DNA from: Octopus sinensis
Lineage: Eukaryota
Direction: 5' to 3'
DNA: 64,000 bases
Assembly: GCF_006345805.1 (NCBI RefSeq)
Contig: NC_043006.1
Coordinates: 4,650,001 to 4,714,000 of the forward strand
Shown: piece by piece, positions 60,210 through 64,000 of the stretch
Numbering within the stretch: the stretch's first letter is position 1
How the letters are laid out: each line of letters begins with the position of its first letter
Notes under the pieces: generated by a model
Told to the model about the DNA's origin: nothing
The model's input: only the letters and a program-made list of their open reading frames with translations
Databases searched by the model: none
Translations under genes and position numbers: made by a program

Positions 60210-60265
60210 TGTATTAATATTTTTTAAAACTTTACCAACGTGGTCGTACAATAGCGTAATAACAT

Positions 60266-60485
60266 TATGATGGAGTGCTGAAAAGTTCCGAGCTTTAAAG
60301 GTGTCACGAAAGGCCAGGCTGGAGGCCCAACCTTCCGAATTCTTTTACAGGGCTCAGAAAACTGAGGAGCCGCTACAATAAGTGTGTAAAGCTGGGAGGA
60401 GAATATGTTGAATAAAATCATAATTAACTGATCCTCCTGTATTCTCTTTTATCCAAAGCCAGGAACTTTTCAGCACCACCTCGTA
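60266..60485 (+). mobile_element. Internally deleted mariner MITE
   Basis: TA-flanked TIRs (tgatggagtgctgaaaagttcc / ggaacttttcagcaccacctcg); retains C-terminal KCVKLGGEYVE*. Confidence 0.8.
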
Positions 60486-60994
60486 TTAGGTAGATTATCT
60501 CTTTGAAAGGCGGCGAGCTGGCAGAAACGTTAGCACGCCGAGCAAAATGCTTAACGGTATTTCGTCTGCCGTTACGTTCTGAGTTCAAATTCCGCTGAGG
60601 TCGACTTTGTCTTTCATCCTTTCGGAGTCGATTAAACAAGTACCAGTTACGCACTAGGGTCGATATAATCGACTTAATCCGTTTGTCTGTCCTTGTTTGT
60701 CCTCTCTGTGTTTAGCCCCTTGTGGGTAGTAAAGAAATAGATAGATCATCTCTTTGCATGCATTCCATAATTAGAATTGCTTAATTGTTGACGTAAAAGT
60801 GAAAAATAATTTATGACAATTCTCAAAGCAGAAGAAGTAAGAAGTGTGATATGGAATATAGCTTTCAGAGATGTTGTCTCTTAAGACTGTACATACAATG
60901 CTACCAAGGTGGACTTTTATACCATTTAAAGAATCATAGGTTTGAAACAATATAAAAATTTGAAAGAAATTATAACCTTCATGGTTCATTGCCA

Positions 60995-61025
<31 letters not shown>

Positions 61026-61708
61026 CTTCTTCTTCTTCTTCTTCTTCTTCTTCTTCTTCTTCTTCTTCTTCTTCTTCTCTTCTTCTTCTTCTTCTTCTTC
61101 TTCTTCTGTGTGTGTGCGCGCGCGCGCTTTATTTATCTAATTTTTCACCATTGTAGAAAGAGTTGCTTTCTAGCTTAGAAATAAAGTTCTTGTATTGTAA
61201 TTTAGATAGCCTCAATAGAGCAGTCTTGTATCTATGTAGTGCGTCCGTATGTACATATGTATGTACATGTCTAAGTGTGTGCATGCATGCGTGTGTGCGT
61301 ATGCATGTGTGTACATTTACATGTGTCTGTGCATGTGTGTATACGTGTGTATATCTATGTATGTTTGTATGTATGTTAGATCGCACACGAGTGCTACTGG
61401 TAACATGTATTGTACAACCTTTTGCATGATCGGGTCGTCATCGACGAAATCATTTTCCGATCAGGCTTGACGGGTTGAGGAGCCATTCTTGAAACCCTCA
61501 TGAAAGTGAGAACGTTGGTTGCCTCGTTCAAATTTTGGATTTGAATTTCTATAATTTTGAATTTCTATGTATCACTTTTCATTTTGAAGTCGACAAAGAC
61601 AGGCTAGCTGTCGAAATATCGTTCAGCCAATAAAATACCTATTGCAATCGCATCGCATTCTTCGTATTGTCTATTATTATTATTATTATTATATTATTAT
61701 TATTATTA

Positions 61709-61773
<65 letters not shown>

Positions 61774-62391
61774 ATGAGAGAACAGCGCATGCTATCAAAG
61801 TGACGCTGGGGTAAAATATACGAAGCCCGGTATACCCAAATTGACTATAAGGGTACACCAGGCACATGCATTACAATCATATGTGCACGACATGGTGATC
61901 TCATATCAAGATAAACAGTGCATGACCTTACGGGTGGGGTCCAGTTAGAATTTTCCTCAGGTTGAGTAGCCCATCCCGCTCAAAAGGTGTTTGAATAAGT
62001 GTTGTTTAAAGTTAATGAACGAAGCATCCATGTTTCCTGAGGTGAATTATTCAAACCCCAAGTAATTCCTCTCAACACACGGTTATGATGCTACCCCATT
62101 ATCTGTGGTATTGAGCAGAATATTTGCTGTAGCCCATCTTTTATACCAAGGCAAAACAATGAACATAACGCTTCCAATCAGTTAAGATCAGAAGCCACGA
62201 GTGCCTAGCGCACTGAACGAAAAGCTTAGCAGTATTTCACCCGTCGCTACGTTCTGAGCTCAAATTCCGTCAAGGTGGACTTTGCCTTTCATCCTTTTGG
62301 GGTCGATAAAATAAGTACCAGTTGAATACTGGGGTCAATGTAATCGACAAATCCCCATCTTCCCCAAGCTGTCCTTATGGCAAAAATTTGA

Positions 62392-62448
<57 letters not shown>

Positions 62449-62485
62449 GATGATGATGATGATGATGTTGATGATGATGATGATG

Positions 62486-62537
<52 letters not shown>

Positions 62538-62689
62538 TAAAAACGATTCTTTCAGTAGTGCTTGTGACGCATTATGAGAATCTTTGGAAAACATTTTATC
62601 AGATACAGAAGTGGTAATACTAACTTACTTTTTAAGTATAGAATCTATAACACTGAAAAAAAAAAAAGCCAAGATATATTGGTCAAATA

Positions 62690-63140
62690 ATACACTTGGC
62701 GGAGTCGATTGCCAAAACAGGTACTGTATGGTGAGCTGAATCAGAGGAAACTCCTGCAATACAAGCCAAAGAAGAGATATGGAAGCTGTATGAAAGATGT
62801 ACTAAAGAAAACCAGAATTGACATCAACACCTGGGAATGTCCTGCACCAAATACTCTGGTGGAAAGGTCTGATTACCAATGATGTTGAAGAGTTTGAAGT
62901 CAACTGCATAACCTATGCTCAACAGAAACGTGCTGTTAGATATAGTACCACTCCCAGAAAAAGGTCTGTCGACAGTTCTTGCGATGCAAGGCCTGTGATC
63001 GTATATGCCTTTCGAGAGAGGGCCAGCTTCGCTATGAAGGAAACCACGTTACTCATGATGCTGAAAACACAATATATTATCCTAGCTGACTGTCTATGCG
63101 TCCAGTGTGTCAAAGTATGTTGTTCTTGTTAAAACCACTG
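62690..63140 (+). mobile_element. RTE-BovB-like LINE C-terminal relic
   Basis: SRLPKQVLYGEL...KPKKRYGSCMKDVLKK..IDINTWE resembles the BovB-type RLPK..YGEL..G.R....KKRYKD.LK....I...WE motif. Confidence 0.65.
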
Positions 63141-63289
63141 GACAGACATACTTGAAACGGCACTCGTTAGAAACGTATTGAGGGAAAACTAACTTGGATA
63201 AAGAGAAATTGGTTGAAAGTTACTGGGAAGTAACTTTTTCTCCTGGTTTTCTCTCTTTGAGATTACACTCATATATATGGTCGGTCACG

Positions 63290-63325
<36 letters not shown>

Positions 63326-63517
63326 CGTGACCAACCAGGCTATTAGATGTTGCTACACATCGCTGGTCACAATACGCTTCGCATTGTTTTAGCCTTCAAA
63401 TGACGCCACCCCGCTGGCTAAGCCAGCAGGCCATATATATATATATATGAAATGATTGAATATTAGCTTCACGCTTGAAACTCGGAGTACCAACGAATTT
63501 GAATCAAACTGTTTTGT

Positions 63518-63519
<2 letters not shown>

Positions 63520-63593
<74 letters not shown>

Positions 63594-63598
63594 CCTAC

Positions 63599-63682
<84 letters not shown>

Positions 63683-63705
63683 AATCTATCTATCTATCTA
63701 TCTAT
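63520..63705. repeat. (TATC)n microsatellite
   Basis: direct reading. Confidence 0.95.
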
Positions 63706-64000
63706 ATGTGTGTATTTATACACACACACATATAATATATGTACATATATATACCTGCACACATCTTTCTTTTCCTGCTCGGACGTCTAAACGACTGGAT
63801 ATTTTCTTCTTTCTCTCTTCTATATGTTCACTTTTCAAAAAAAAAAAGTCTCTCCCAGCGTTCACTATTCCCCTTTCGTTCCTGTCAAACGACCCTCCCT
63901 GTCTCTTCATATCTCGTTCGTTTTCCTTGTATGTTTCCCCTGTTATTTTTGTTCCCAACTTTGGCCCTCCATGAATCTCAAATTTTATTTTATAATTTAT

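Noticed and set aside
61581-61635. Second hammerhead-like motif (gacag-gctag-ctgtc-GAAA followed by aataaa)
   Set aside because: The required CUGANGA is absent (cgacaaa); at best a heavily decayed Penelope terminal repeat.

Overview
AT-rich, microsatellite- and transposon-dense animal genomic DNA. The repeat families and gene style are most consistent with an octopus genome (inference from recalled repeat content, not a database search). Two convergent intron-containing genes were reconstructed by hand, with GT-AG boundaries and reading-frame phases consistent at every junction. (1) The 3' part of an ABCB6/HMT-1-type ABC half-transporter on the + strand: 14 exons, 65..28542, N-terminus upstream of the window. 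(2) A complete GTPBP6 (HflX-family GTPase) on the - strand: 11 exons, ATG 46904 to TGA 29680, 534 aa. Introns and the region 47-64 kb with no recognised gene contain an RTE-clade LINE family (one ~3 kb decayed copy plus about 18 copies of its 3' UTR), CR1, R4/Dong-like and BovB-like LINE fragments, and at least four tRNA-derived SINE families. They also contain mariner/Tc1/maT/pogo relics, four TTAA-flanked piggyBac-type MITEs, two short Helitrons and four long fold-back hairpins. The most notable oddities are a duplicated GTPBP6 splice-acceptor pseudo-exon, a Penelope-type hammerhead-like motif, a recurrent dimeric SINE junction, tandem hairpin modules in the RTE 3' UTR and long intronic dsRNA-forming structures. 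No wholly new multi-gene system is supported. Repeat coordinates are approximate (+/- about 10-20 bp).
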